From: Heptranchias perlo
Lineage: Eukaryota
DNA: 64,000 bases
Reading direction: 5' to 3'
NCBI RefSeq assembly: GCF_035084215.1
Contig: NC_090340.1
Span: 4,650,001 to 4,714,000, forward strand
The notes under the pieces are model-generated. The model was not told where the DNA came from and made no database searches. It saw only the letters and a program-made list of their open reading frames with translations. The translations under genes and the position numbers were made by a program. Positions 26,647-37,727 of this stretch are shown here, piece after piece (the first letter of the stretch is position 1; the number at the start of each line of letters is the position of its first letter).

Positions 26647-28364
26647 TGCTGGCCCGGATTTTGTCCTTCAGCCTCAGCTGAAGGAGTGGGAGCTGTGTCA
26701 ATTGACGCCACTTGTTTACGTTGGCCCATAATGTTTCTGGTTGTCAGTAATTTATTCAATTTATCCTTGGTCCCTTGTCTCCAGTTTTCCGGAGTACCGA
26801 CATGGGGGAAGGGCTGGGCAGCAGTTCCTTCCCTGTATACAACCTCTGGCAAAATGTCCCATTTTGCCACAATTATAGCATTGTGGTCCCCTAATTTCCT
26901 GATCCTGGCCCTTGTGGTCCCCTATTTGCTGACCCTGACCTTTTGTTTGGTCCCAGTTATTCCTATACTTCTGAGGTCCCTCGTCCACTGACATTGGTTT
27001 TCCCGCAGTTCTCGAATGTTGCTGCCCTCCCTTTGGTCTGGTGATGTGTCCTTTTACATCACCCCAGGCCTCAATGGTGAGTCTCAAAATTTCGTCCCAC
27101 CTATCATTTTTACAGATAGATACTCCCAGTGCAGTTTCCATTAACGGCTGCAAATGACTTATTAACGTTTGTTTCAAGAACTTATAGTTTCGCCGATCAG
27201 GCAACACTTGGTTTGGTTGTACAATTGCTTGCTGACGTGGCACAATTGGTTGTGTCATCCAATACACATCAAGCAATCGACTGTTGAACGCGATCGCTTG
27301 CTCTGTCGGTCCCTGTACCGCGAGTGCACAAATGTGCATCAAATTTAAGGTGTTTATTCCCAATAAATCAAATATTCCTCCAAACAGCACATCGGACCTA
27401 TTTACTGCATAAGCGGCAGGGTAGTACATGGTTGTAAGCCCTCATCCAGGGCGGCAAACAAAATAGTTTTTAAATCACCGTCTTCCAGCTCTCCATGACC
27501 CCGTTTAAAATCTCCCCAAGCTCGAGAGAGCAGAGTAGGGTCATTTCCGTTAATGGGCCCGAATTATGTAGCCAAAGTAGCTGCTTCATCTCGTTTCTTG
27601 GGTTTACTGTCATTGTGTCTTGATGTAATCGCACCTTATTGATCATGGCTCACAATGGTGATGATCACATTTACGGGTTGGCTTCCCCAGGCATCGGTGT
27701 CGGTATTATTATTATATGCTGTTTCTCATTCTAACGGTTGCCAATATACTCCATCCCCTCCTCCGCCCGCCTTGTTAGCTGACACCAGGGTTGTTTGTTG
27801 TTCCAATTCTCCCTGTAGTTCATATATTTTTAACTCGAACTTGGTGTAATCTGCCTCGCGAGCAGGCCTATTCACCATTTTTCTAAGGGCTCCTCGCGCG
27901 TCTTTTCGTTGTGGGCTCAAAACATTGTTCTCTTGTCGCAATTCATTAATCTTCTACTTCACCTGCTGCGCTACTAACCCCTCTGCGGCTGCCTGAGCAG
28001 CTCCAGACTGTATTTGTGACAGAATACATGTCAGATCCCTATTCCATTCTCCAGTTCCTCACACTGTTTCTTCCCTTGTTTTAACTGTTTTGCACTCTAG
28101 GTCTTTCTTTTCCATCAATTCCACCTGCGGTTGTTCCCTTTCTTCCTGTTCTTTGTCTGTCTTTGCGAAGATTTGCTCTCTTCTGCGTGCACAGAAATGG
28201 GCTGCATGGACTACCAGTTGTAAGCCTATTTTTCTTTTCTTTTCATCTGTCTCCTCCTGAGTCCATTGCACGGTGCATTCAAATGTTCCGCCGTCTCCTG
28301 CCGTTGCACAGACCTTCTCTAACTGGTTCTGTAAGATCATTTCGGTCTCGGTTAACTCTGCCAC
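26643..28364 (-). pseudogene. gag: ERV gag relic with CCHC zinc knuckle
   Basis: ATG ORF shortly after the PBS (MAELTETEM...), coiled-coil-like N-terminal region, CYNCGKMGHFARGC at 26839-26880; several frameshifts. Confidence 0.85.
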
Positions 28365-28420
28365 AGTGAGTCAATAGATTACCGGTAGGAGGTACAATCC
28401 CCTACACTCCCTAAAGTTCC

Positions 28421-28438
28421 TTCCTGCCACGGACGCCA
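28421..28438 (-). promoter_or_regulatory. Primer-binding site TGGCGTCCGTGGCAGGAA (tRNA-Arg-like)
   Basis: Begins TGG 1 nt after the LTR-terminal CA. From memory it best resembles the complement of a tRNA-Arg(TCG) 3' end; needs checking. Confidence 0.75.
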
Positions 28439-28439
28439 C

Positions 28440-29279
28440 TGTAAGACTATTTCGACCTGACACCAACTGGTTCAAGTAATGATCTTTTGTTTGAATAAAA
28501 GCAAGGATTAATACATTTAAGTATCTAAGCGGTAATTATCAAAGGAAAATGAATCATATTACTTGGTTGTCCTCTGGGTAGAGATCATAGCTTTGTCATT
28601 GCCTCGAGTCTTGCCTTCTTCCTTCACGCTGAGCTGTCTTCCTTCTCTACAACCAGATGTTGATTTATTTTGGGCTCATATGCAGCCCATTAAGAACCCG
28701 AAGCCTGAGCCATCAAAATTGTCAGTGGTTAGCACCTCCCCAACTTCATCTGCCTTCAACCGATAATGACAACTCTGATGTCTTAATGCGAAACATTTTA
28801 ACCTGATGTTCCCTGTCTGACATTTCAAAGGAACATAAGATGCTGTAAACACAGCCCGAATGCTTGATGTGGTTTGGGCCGGTCTGCTGCTAGTTTCTGC
28901 TGCTCGATTGTCCCGAATAATCTCTAATATTAGCACATCTTAGAATACATGGGATGCCTTCCACACACCATGTGGAATTGGGTCGACCTGTCTGCTAGTT
29001 CCTGTTTTTCCACTGTCCAGTCTAATCTCAAATATTAGCATATCCTTACATGACGAAGACCTAAGGATATGATTAACTCTTCTTGAAAACAACTTTAATT
29101 ATTTCATCTTTCTAGTCTACAGCCTGCCAGTGGTGGAAAAAATACTGAATCTTTGATAGAAAACACTGAATGCTGGATAGATGACTGGATAATGACAGTA
29201 ACAAACTAACCTTCTAATCGATTGAAAAACCCTTAATCTACATTTCAAAAAACCTTGTTACAAAAGATATTCCCTTACA
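28440..29279 (-). repeat. 5' LTR of the ERV (840 bp)
   Basis: TGTAAG...CTTACA inverted termini; minus-strand AATAAA at 28664-28669; internal direct repeat (tctgctagt...taatct..aatattagca) at ~28877-28940 and ~28981-29045. Confidence 0.92.
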
Positions 29280-29720
29280 GTCTTCTATTGTTCTTTTGCC
29301 AATTATGTAAAATATGTGGAACAGTTTCTCTTCATTTACTCTGTCAATGCCCCTCAGGATCTTGAACACGACTATTAAATCTCCCCTTAGCCTTTTCTGC
29401 TCGAACGAGAACAATCCCAGCTTTTCTACTCCCTCCACATAACTGAAGTCTTTCATCCCTGGTATAATTGTTGGACTTCTCCCCTGCACCGTCTCCAAGG
29501 CTTTGACATCCTTCCTAAAGTGTAATGACCAATACTGGACAGAAATCTCCATCTGCGGCATATCCACATATCTATAAAGGCTAAGCATCACTTCCTTGCT
29601 GTTGTATTCTCTGCCTCTATTTATAAAGCCAAGGACACTGTAAACTTTTTTTCAACAGCGTTACCAACTTGCACCGCTGCCTTTCAATTTTCGGGAATTG
29701 CACGATGGAGGTCCAAGACG
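29280..29720 (-). mobile_element. Old CR1 fragment, continuation of 18172-18416
   Basis: QYWSLHFRKDVKALETVQ...KLGLFSFEQKRLRGDL. Confidence 0.82.
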
Positions 29721-31228
29721 TATTTGTGGCTTTGTAAGTTACTGGAGCAGACTGCAACACCGCCCCCACAAACCAATTCAAGATCATTAGGAATGTGAAC
29801 AATATACTTTGTGTGTTTGACGTGGAACACCGAATAAAAATGGTCCAAATATTGATTCTTGTTATGTAGGTATCCTTATCCTTCATACTCACATGAGCTT
29901 GATAAGGGGTTCCTACCTCGCTTCCCTTCATTACTTTGCTCAGAAGTTAATTCTCCTGCAGAAGACGCTTTTGGATAGGAATGGCAGCTCTATCGACGGT
30001 TGTTTGGAAACAACAAGTTTTACCAAAAAAGGCAAAATGACGAGGCAGTATCTCGACAGCAGCCGTATCTAAGACGTCCACAGGGAACTGTTACTAAACG
30101 AAGACTGCCTAACAATTATTGTCATGTTGCTTGAAGTGGCGTGAAATTAGTTTTTCTCCATGAAGCAGTTCAATTGCTTGGAAGTACTTATAAATTAATG
30201 AGCCTGACGGTCACCTATTCAAACACATAACGAAGGTTTTCTACATTTTCGGGCTTCGTGCCACACTTATATATTACCTTTGAGCTTTTGTCACCAGATA
30301 CTATTCTCCATTTATATCGCCCGTTCAGCACTAAGTCAATGCATTGAGGATCACTGGGAATTCCGGTAACACAGACAAATGAATAAAGAACCCTCCACTG
30401 CTCTCAGTTGTGTGGCATGGGAGGGAACTTAAAGACAGGTTCCCATGACATCAATTTACAATATATAAACTTATTGTTTTAATTCTTCCTTTTCATATAA
30501 TTCTCCCATTTCTAATTAAACAGTATTAAAATCTCCAATTGAATAACCACTTGTGCTGAAGTATTCAATATTCTGATGAAACTACCAATGGAAACAGCCC
30601 TAAACTCATCGCACCAATTCTTATAGTGATAATTCTGAGCCCACCCTCCTTGTTACAAAAGGAAACAATCTGTCACTCTTCTCCCTGTCAGAGGCTTTCA
30701 GAATTAGAAAAGACTCCATTAGGTCAATGTCAACATTCTCCATTCCACTGGAGAAAAAAGCTCACCTGACTCGTTCTATATGGCAGCAATTTCCCATTCC
30801 TCACATCATACAAATTTATCTTCAATGTATCTTTGAATAGCATCAAAATACTTTGCCATAACTGGATGAGCAGGACAGCACGTAATGCTCCAAATGTGAC
30901 ACGAAAGATGATTTGTGCAAAGTCAACAACGCTTCGTTTCTTTTATATTTAGTTCGCGATTGAATAAAACCCAAAATCCCATCTGCCTTTTTATGGCCTT
31001 TTATACTTGCATTTCTAACTCTTAACTATTACATGAAAGCCTCGAAATGGATGCACACTCAAGTTTCCAATATGTACCCCAATGCATGAAACTCTTACTC
31101 GAAACCATGAAGATAAAAAAAATCCATGTTTTTTATGGATATGCTGTAAATAGACTAATAATAATATTATAAATACACCAGAACTTGCGGTTTAGCATTT
31201 CCACACAAAATGCAAGATTGAACAACAG

Positions 31229-31344
31229 TCATAGAATCATAGAATCATGGAAGTTTACAACATGGAAACAGGCCCTTCGGCCCAACATGTCCATGTCGCC
31301 CAGTTTATACCACTCAGCTAGTCCCAATTGCCTGCACTTGGCCC
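31229..31344 (-). mobile_element. Very short 3'-end copy of the young CR1 family at 2791-5368
   Basis: Near-identical to ~2800-2906, including the tcatagaa tail and caacatggaaacaggcccttcggcccaacatgtcc. Confidence 0.92.
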
Positions 31345-32284
31345 GATAGAATAGAGTCAATGGTTGTGTGTTGCTACTGACCTGGCTTGACCCACAGGAA
31401 ACATCTGCACAGCGTCCTGTTTTGCAACACATCCTATTCAGCCGAGCACAAAAGCAAATGCAAACATTCTAGTGCTGACCACAGGCCAAAACGTGCAATT
31501 TGCAGATTTTATCGGTAAACTGCAGAATCGCGAGTGCTCTTTACAAACAACAAGAAAACAAACCAGATAGAGCATGTCAATTCAATGCTAAATTCAGCTG
31601 ATCCATTAGCTCCGGTTCGGTGACAAATGTGCAGCAACGGACTGCAGCCATCGCTGATACATTACTTCATACGCCTTCTGTGACAAACCTAATGTCGTGG
31701 CCGATGAGGGTTTACTGAGCAAAATCAAATATTCGCTATGGCTTTCTCAGGAGTTTCCGCCGATGTTTCGCCAATGTTGCGGCGGGAGTTGGAAGGAAAC
31801 GCTGCGGAAATTCCAGGACAATTAATTGACACAACGCTGAAGAACGGTTTATCTGCTATACAGGACCGTAATATACATTAATAACAATCGTGTTTTATTT
31901 TAAATCTACACACATGAACCCGATGCATGAGGCAAGTATTTCGATAAATTTAAATTTCTGATTCGAATCAGTTGCTATGTTAGCCATGGGACGATCCGAG
32001 AATCATAGAATCAGAGAAACGTTTTCGAACAGAAGAAGGCTATTCGGCACATTCAGCCCACGCCGACACTTTGTAAGAGCAAACCAGTTACATCAGCAGA
32101 CAGAAACTGCGAAAAAAAAATCCCATTTTCATATTGGGCTATGGGCTAAAGGGGTAATTTCAACTTCTGGTGATAGCGTTGACAGGAAAACACTTTTCTT
32201 AAACTGCGGACCAGGCAGTTTTCGAGAAACGGTTTAAAGTGACTCAACTGTGAGAAATCTACATCTCAATTTTACTCCATAGCT

Positions 32285-33850
32285 GCATAGGAACAGTAAT
32301 AGGCTATTTAGCCCCTCTAGCCTGTTCCGACAGTCAATGAGATCATTGCTGATCTGTAACCTGACTCCATGCATCCGCCTTGGCTCTATAAACTTTAATA
32401 CCTTTGGCTAGCAAAATTCTATCGATATCAGATTTAAAGTTATTAATTGATCTAACATCTGCTGCGTTTTGTGTAAGAGAGTTCCACACTTCTACCACCC
32501 TTTGCTTGAAGAAGTGTTTCCTAACGTCTCTCCTGAATGGCTTGGCTCCGATTTTAAGGTGATGTCCCGTTGCCGTAGACTCCCCCAGCCGCAGAAAAAG
32601 TTTGTCTCTACCTACCCTATCAATTCCTTTCAAAAACATAAAAACCTCAATGAAATCACCCCTTAACCGTTTGTATTCCAGGGAATACAAGACTGGTTAA
32701 TGCAATCTCTCCTTCTAATCTAACACTTGGAGCACTGGCAACATTCTGGTGAATCTGCACCGCACTCCTTCCAAGGCCAATAAACCCTTTCTAAGGTGCA
32801 GTGCCCAGAAATGTACACAGTACTCCGGAGGTGGTCTAACAAGGGCTCTGTTTCCCTGTCGCAATACTTCCTCACTTATATTCTCGCCCTCCAGTTATAA
32901 AGGCAAACATTCCATTCGCATTTTTGATTATTTTTTGTACCTGACTACTACATTTTAGTGATCTGTGTATATGGACCCCAAAATCTCTCTGTACCTCCAC
33001 TGTTCCTGGCTTTTCACGTTTGGAAAAGTGCTTGGATCTCTCCATTTTTGTTCCAAAATGGATGACCTGACACTTTCCTTCAATGAAACCCATTCGCCAC
33101 AGGTTTACCCACCAACTTAATCTCTCAATGTCTCTTTGTAATTTTATGCTCCCATCTACACAACTTACTATGCCAACAATCTTTGTTTCATCAGCAAATT
33201 TGGATATATGTCCCTCAATTGTGTTCTCTATGTCATTAATAAATGCAGTGAATAGTTGAGGCCACAGCACAGATCGTTGTGGGAAATCACTAATCACTTC
33301 CTTCCAATTGGAATACAGAGCCATTATCCCTACTCTCTGTCTTCTACCGCCTAACCAATCTCCTAACCAGGTCAATAATTTGTTTTCAATTCCATGAGCT
33401 TTCATTTGAGCTGACAGTCTCTTGTGTGAAATATTTTCAAATGCCTTCTGGAAGTCCATATAATCGACATCTATAGACAGTCCCTTGTGTACTACTTTAA
33501 TTACTTCCTCAAAAAGTTCAATTAGATTCCGTAGACATGACCTACCGTTTAAAAATCCACATCAGCTCTCTCCAATCAGTTCAAATTTCTCGAAGTGCTC
33601 AGTCACCCTGTCCTTAATTATAGATTCCAATAACTTCCCCATAACAGATGTTAGACTAATAGTCTGTAATTCCGTGGTTTCTCTCTCTCATCTTTCTTTA
33701 ATAATGGAGGTACATTTGCAATTTTGCAATAGAAAGGCAAAATTCCTGAATTGAGAGAGCTTTGGAAGATTATGGCTGAAGGATTTGAATATCATCACTG
33801 ACTTCATTCAATACCTTGGTTTGGAAACCATCAGGTTCTGGGGAGTTGTC
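32285..33850 (-). mobile_element. Degraded CR1 fragment
   Basis: DFQKAFE, PQRSVLWPQLF, FADETK, YSLEYKRLRGDFIEV. Confidence 0.88.
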
Positions 33851-34577
33851 CAATAGTTTATTCAGTGTTCGGGAGATCCGAACGACCTTATAGACCAAGC
33901 CTCAAGTCTTAGCGGGCTGATTCTCCAAGTGTGGGGAATCTCACACTAGAAAAGCTTGTCTCCAGCTATCTCTCGATTAAATTCGGAAATTGACTGACGA
34001 GCTGTGTTGCCACTTTAGCCATAACCTGACGTAACTGTAGCTGCAGAGTTCATAACAAAAGACCTAATTCCAATGGTCCAAAGACCGCTCACAAATTTGT
34101 AATAATAGCCCGAAGATAAATTTGAAACTCTACACATTTATTACATTTACATTCAATTACCTCCTCTTCCACAATCTATTCGTGCCATCAGGTCAGGTCA
34201 TTTTGACGCTATACAAGAATCGATGGGACATGTTTCTGACAAAATTTTATTTGATACACGAATGAACCCGATTGATGGAACCATTGGTCCTCAAGCGATC
34301 CTCTTCAGGTCAACTATGCAAACATTAAAGTGATTCTTCAGAATCAAAAACAGTAAAGACTTGGAATATTCGTCCATCGTGGCGGGCAAAAAGACGATGA
34401 ATTATGGACTTATGAGCTCATGTATAATATTAATAAACTCCCCCTACCTATGCTGCAACTACACTTTCTTATTTTCTGTTACCGTTTCTGGTCACAGCTA
34501 CACCCACAAATCTTACTCCAAAGGGCATGTTTTTCTCCACTTTACGCCACTGCGCAATTAAACAGTCATGTATCAAC

Positions 34578-35995
34578 TGACGTCACAGATAATTATTAAA
34601 TTATATTAAATACACAGCCGCCCATTCTCCGAAACTTCGTCCATTCGGTTCTCATTCACAAGGGTGATCTACGATACATTCAGTGCACGATATGTCGATG
34701 AGGGTGTCTCTTTGGAGCATTTGTTCCTTGGGAATTTTGATTCCAGGTAGACTTTTATTTTTGTTGTTATCAATCAATTTTTCCCGAACAAGAAACAGCA
34801 CATGAAGTCGATCGGATATTGTTTTGTGCTGGTTTAATTTGATATAATTGTTATCCTGTCCCTTGCCAGAGGGAAGCATCTAGTTGAGAAAGGCATGTTA
34901 CTTATGATCATTCAGCGAGGAAACCATTTCAACAGATGGATAATAATTCTCAGGTTTACGTACATTGAATTACGAATGCATCAATAGAGTGGATGGACGA
35001 TCTTATTTTAGCGGTTCAGATCATCTTCCCTGTATATGAATTATTTAACATTGTGGCTTCGTTTGTTGATAGTTGCTGTGCACACTTCAGGCAAATTGAT
35101 TCCGGATATTGTACAAAATAAGGCGCTTGAAGTGTCCTGTTCCCTTCGATCTCAATCATTCATTCATAAAGGTTCACTGGTGGAGAGAGGGCAACGGTAC
35201 CTTTCTGCAAAAAGAGAATAGAAAACAGTTCCAAATAAAGAAAGGCTGCGCCTATCTACAGTAATTTGGAATTTGACGTCACAGACAATTATGAAATTAT
35301 ATTAGATACACAGCCGCCCATTCTCAAAGACTTCACCCATTCGGTTCTCAGTCACAAAGGAAGATATACTGTACTTTCAATGCACGAAATGTCCATGAAT
35401 GTGGCACTTTGGTGCATTTGTTCCTTGGGCATTTTGTATCCAGGTAGACTTTTATTTTTGTTGTTATCAATCAATCTTTCCTGAAAAAGAAACAGCGCAT
35501 GAAGTCGGTATTATATTTGAGGTACAATTAGATATTGGTTTATGCTGGTTTAATTTGAAGTAATTTTTATCATGTCCCTTGCCGAAGGGAAACATCAAGT
35601 TGAGAAAGGTGATGTTATTTATGGTCATTCAATGAGGAAACAATTTCAACAGATGGAGAATAATTCTTAGAGTCAGGTACATTCAATTATTAATGTATCA
35701 ATGGATTGGATGGAAAATCTTATTTTGGTGCTTCAGATCATCTTCCCTGCATATGAATTATTTAATCGTGTGGCTTCTTTTGTACACAGTTACTGTGGAC
35801 ACTTCAGGCAAATTGGATCCGGATATTGTACAAAAGAAGGCGCTAAGAGGTTCGAACATAACCTTGAAATGTCCTTTTCCCTTCGATGTCAATCATTCAA
35901 ACATAAAGGTTCAATGGTGGAGAGAGGGCAACGCGACCTTGCTGCAAGAAGACAGTAGAAAACAGTTCCAAATAAAGAAAGGCCGCGCCTATCTT
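34578..35995 (+). repeat. ~700-bp local tandem duplication (34578-~35256 vs ~35275-35995) covering the V-exon 5' part and upstream intron
   Basis: Shared tgacgtcacaga, tacacagccgcccattctc, ccaggtagacttttatttttgttgttatcaatcaat, cacttcaggcaaattg and aaacagttccaaataaagaaaggc. Confidence 0.93.
35073..35256 (+). pseudogene. Truncated, frameshifted duplicate of the V exon
   Basis: VAVHTSGKLIPDIVQNKAL, then deletions relative to 35790-35995; ends before the DxGxYxC motif. Confidence 0.85.
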
Positions 35996-36101
35996 GATCT
36001 CCTGAATGTGACTGTCCTGGACAACGGGATGTATCATTGTGCAATTAAAAATCAGAAGGAAAGTTTTGGAAAAGTAACTCGTGTACAAGTTGTTGTATAT
36101 G
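35790..36101 (+). CDS. Ig V-set exon with germline-joined J-like motif (VJ) of an NKp30/antigen-receptor-like VJ-C1-TM gene; in-frame ATG at 35753 is an alternative start
   Basis: ITLKC...VQWWRE...LDLLNVTVLDNGMYHC...FGKVTRVQVVVY; acceptor cttcttttgtacacag| (phase 1); donor G|gtaagt at 36101/36102 (phase 1). Confidence 0.9.
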
Positions 36102-36968
36102 GTAAGTATGAGTGGAGCTGGAAACGTGAAGAGTTTAGTTGCTGTCGATGCTTAAAATGCGTTTGACATTAAAATCCAAGAAGGAAAAGCACTGTGTATA
36201 AAATAGTACAGCTTTCTACTTGTTCATAACGACACGCGTTCAACTATATGGAAACTTTCCCACTTCCAGAGTCTCTGCAAAATGTGACAACTGACCTATA
36301 TCTTCAATTGTTACTTAATGTTATGTTCATCAAGGGAAGTAAATTCAAGGCCGGGAACTAAAATGCTTCTTTCCAATTTTAGCACGAAGTATCCCTATGA
36401 AACACTTCGTGGTTATTTGCAATATTATAGATCTTTAAAGGTCCAGTGGAAAGAAGAGTTTCGAAGAGGAAGATCCCCATTCCCTCATTTAGACGGCGCA
36501 CTTCCCGCTTCTGCGATCCAGATAATATTACTGAATCGGTGGAACAGAGGAGACACACACGATAAATCAGGTGTCGTAGTCCAGACCGAGGTTTAAACTG
36601 GATCCTTTACGTACAAATGAAGGAAATGATCTCGATGTAACAACAGAACTCGTTCTGTACTATTTCAACTGTTTTCGCGCAGCATGGCCATTCGTACACC
36701 ATAATATGAATAAAAAGAGGTCCAACTTTGCAAATAAATGTTGTTGAATTCAACAGGGATACATCAGTATTGCTGGGGAGGAAATTGGGTAATAATACCT
36801 GTAGATACAGTGACAAAAATTAGGTTGAATTCTATTCAGGATAAATCATAATTACAGATACAACTACGATGCCAGATCACAAGCATTCGTTAATTAATGA
36901 AAACAGAGTGTAGATAAGAGTACAGGCCAAATATTTTGCTTTATCTCTTTTTGTTCTTTACCATTCAG

Positions 36969-37275
36969 CTGTTCCCGCTCCGCTGAAGATTGTCGCCAGA
37001 ACATCCGAAGGGGCTTCATCCGCTTTTCTGCGACTCGAGTGCAGAACGGCTGCTTTTTACCCGAAGGACTTCAACCTCATCTGGCAAAAAAAATGGTACC
37101 GAAATCGTGACTGGAGTTGGAACTGAAGAACAGGTAAACACAGAGGGACTGTATGAAGTTATTAGCTCCATAGAAGAGAAACGGCCAATCGAGCGCGGCA
37201 CAATTTACACCTGTCAAGTATATCACGTTTCAAACTCAATTCCAACAAATGACAGCTACACCGTTGGTAGCGATG
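36969..37275 (+). CDS. Ig C1-set exon of the same gene, with a +1 frameshift in an A8 run (37086-37093)
   Basis: Acceptor ttctttaccattcag|; AVPAPLKIVARTSEGASSAFLRLECRTAAFYPKDFNLIWQK, shift, NGTEIVTG...GLYEVISSI...YTCQVYHVS...GSD; donor G|gtaata. C1 signatures FYP, W..NG, YxCxVxH. Confidence 0.88.
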
Positions 37276-37727
37276 GTAATATTATTGCACAAGTCGTACT
37301 TGTATTGATTTCTGTGTTTCTTCGCGCAGTAATTGAGTTTCCATCGCAGAAAATGCGGGAAGTGTTTCCTGCAGTTGTTTGCATATCATTCTGTCACATC
37401 CGAAGTCTGGGTTTACTCCATCTCCCCTCAATCGGGTGAAGATTCCCTTTCTGTTGGTTATTGGGATATGATGAGAAATAATTTGGACACAAGCAACAGA
37501 GCCAATAGTGAACACCAGTCCTCAGCATAAGAACATAAGAACATAAGAAATTGGAGCAGGAGTAGGCCAATCGGCCCCTCGAGCCTGCTCCGCCATTCAA
37601 TAAGATCATGGCTGATCTGATCCCAACCACAAATCTAAAGAACACAAGAAGTCGGAGCAGGACCCGGCCACATAGCCCCTGGGCCCTCTCCGCCACCCAC
37701 AGGGCATTGACCGATCCGAACTCAGCT

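Larger units (their letters stand above)
18417..29279 (-). mobile_element. Decayed endogenous retrovirus (LTR-PBS-gag-pro-pol-env-LTR), snakehead-retrovirus-like / class III-related
   Basis: Two homologous LTRs, TGTAAG...CTTACA termini on the 5' LTR, PBS, and all retroviral domains in order on the - strand with many stops and frameshifts. Confidence 0.93.

Noticed and set aside
26640-26650. ATGA stop/start overlap at the gag-pro junction suggesting an unusual expression mode
   Set aside because: The element has many random frameshifts, so the original junction frame cannot be inferred from one copy.
18417-29279. Foamy virus or domesticated env/gag gene
   Set aside because: Gag has a CCHC knuckle unlike foamy viruses, and all frames are heavily disrupted. 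An ERV target-site duplication could not be read confidently (atctct vs gtcttc).
36030-36970. Rearranging Ig/TCR locus
   Set aside because: No heptamer/nonamer RSS seen after V and no separate D/J segments; the J-like strand is inside the V exon.
36990-37439. 149-aa track ORF with a hydrophobic C-terminus that looks like a C1+TM protein
   Set aside because: The N-terminus is out of frame before the A8 run, and the hydrophobic tail is read-through past the donor at 37275. The 42475 exon is the better TM candidate, although intron retention is not excluded.
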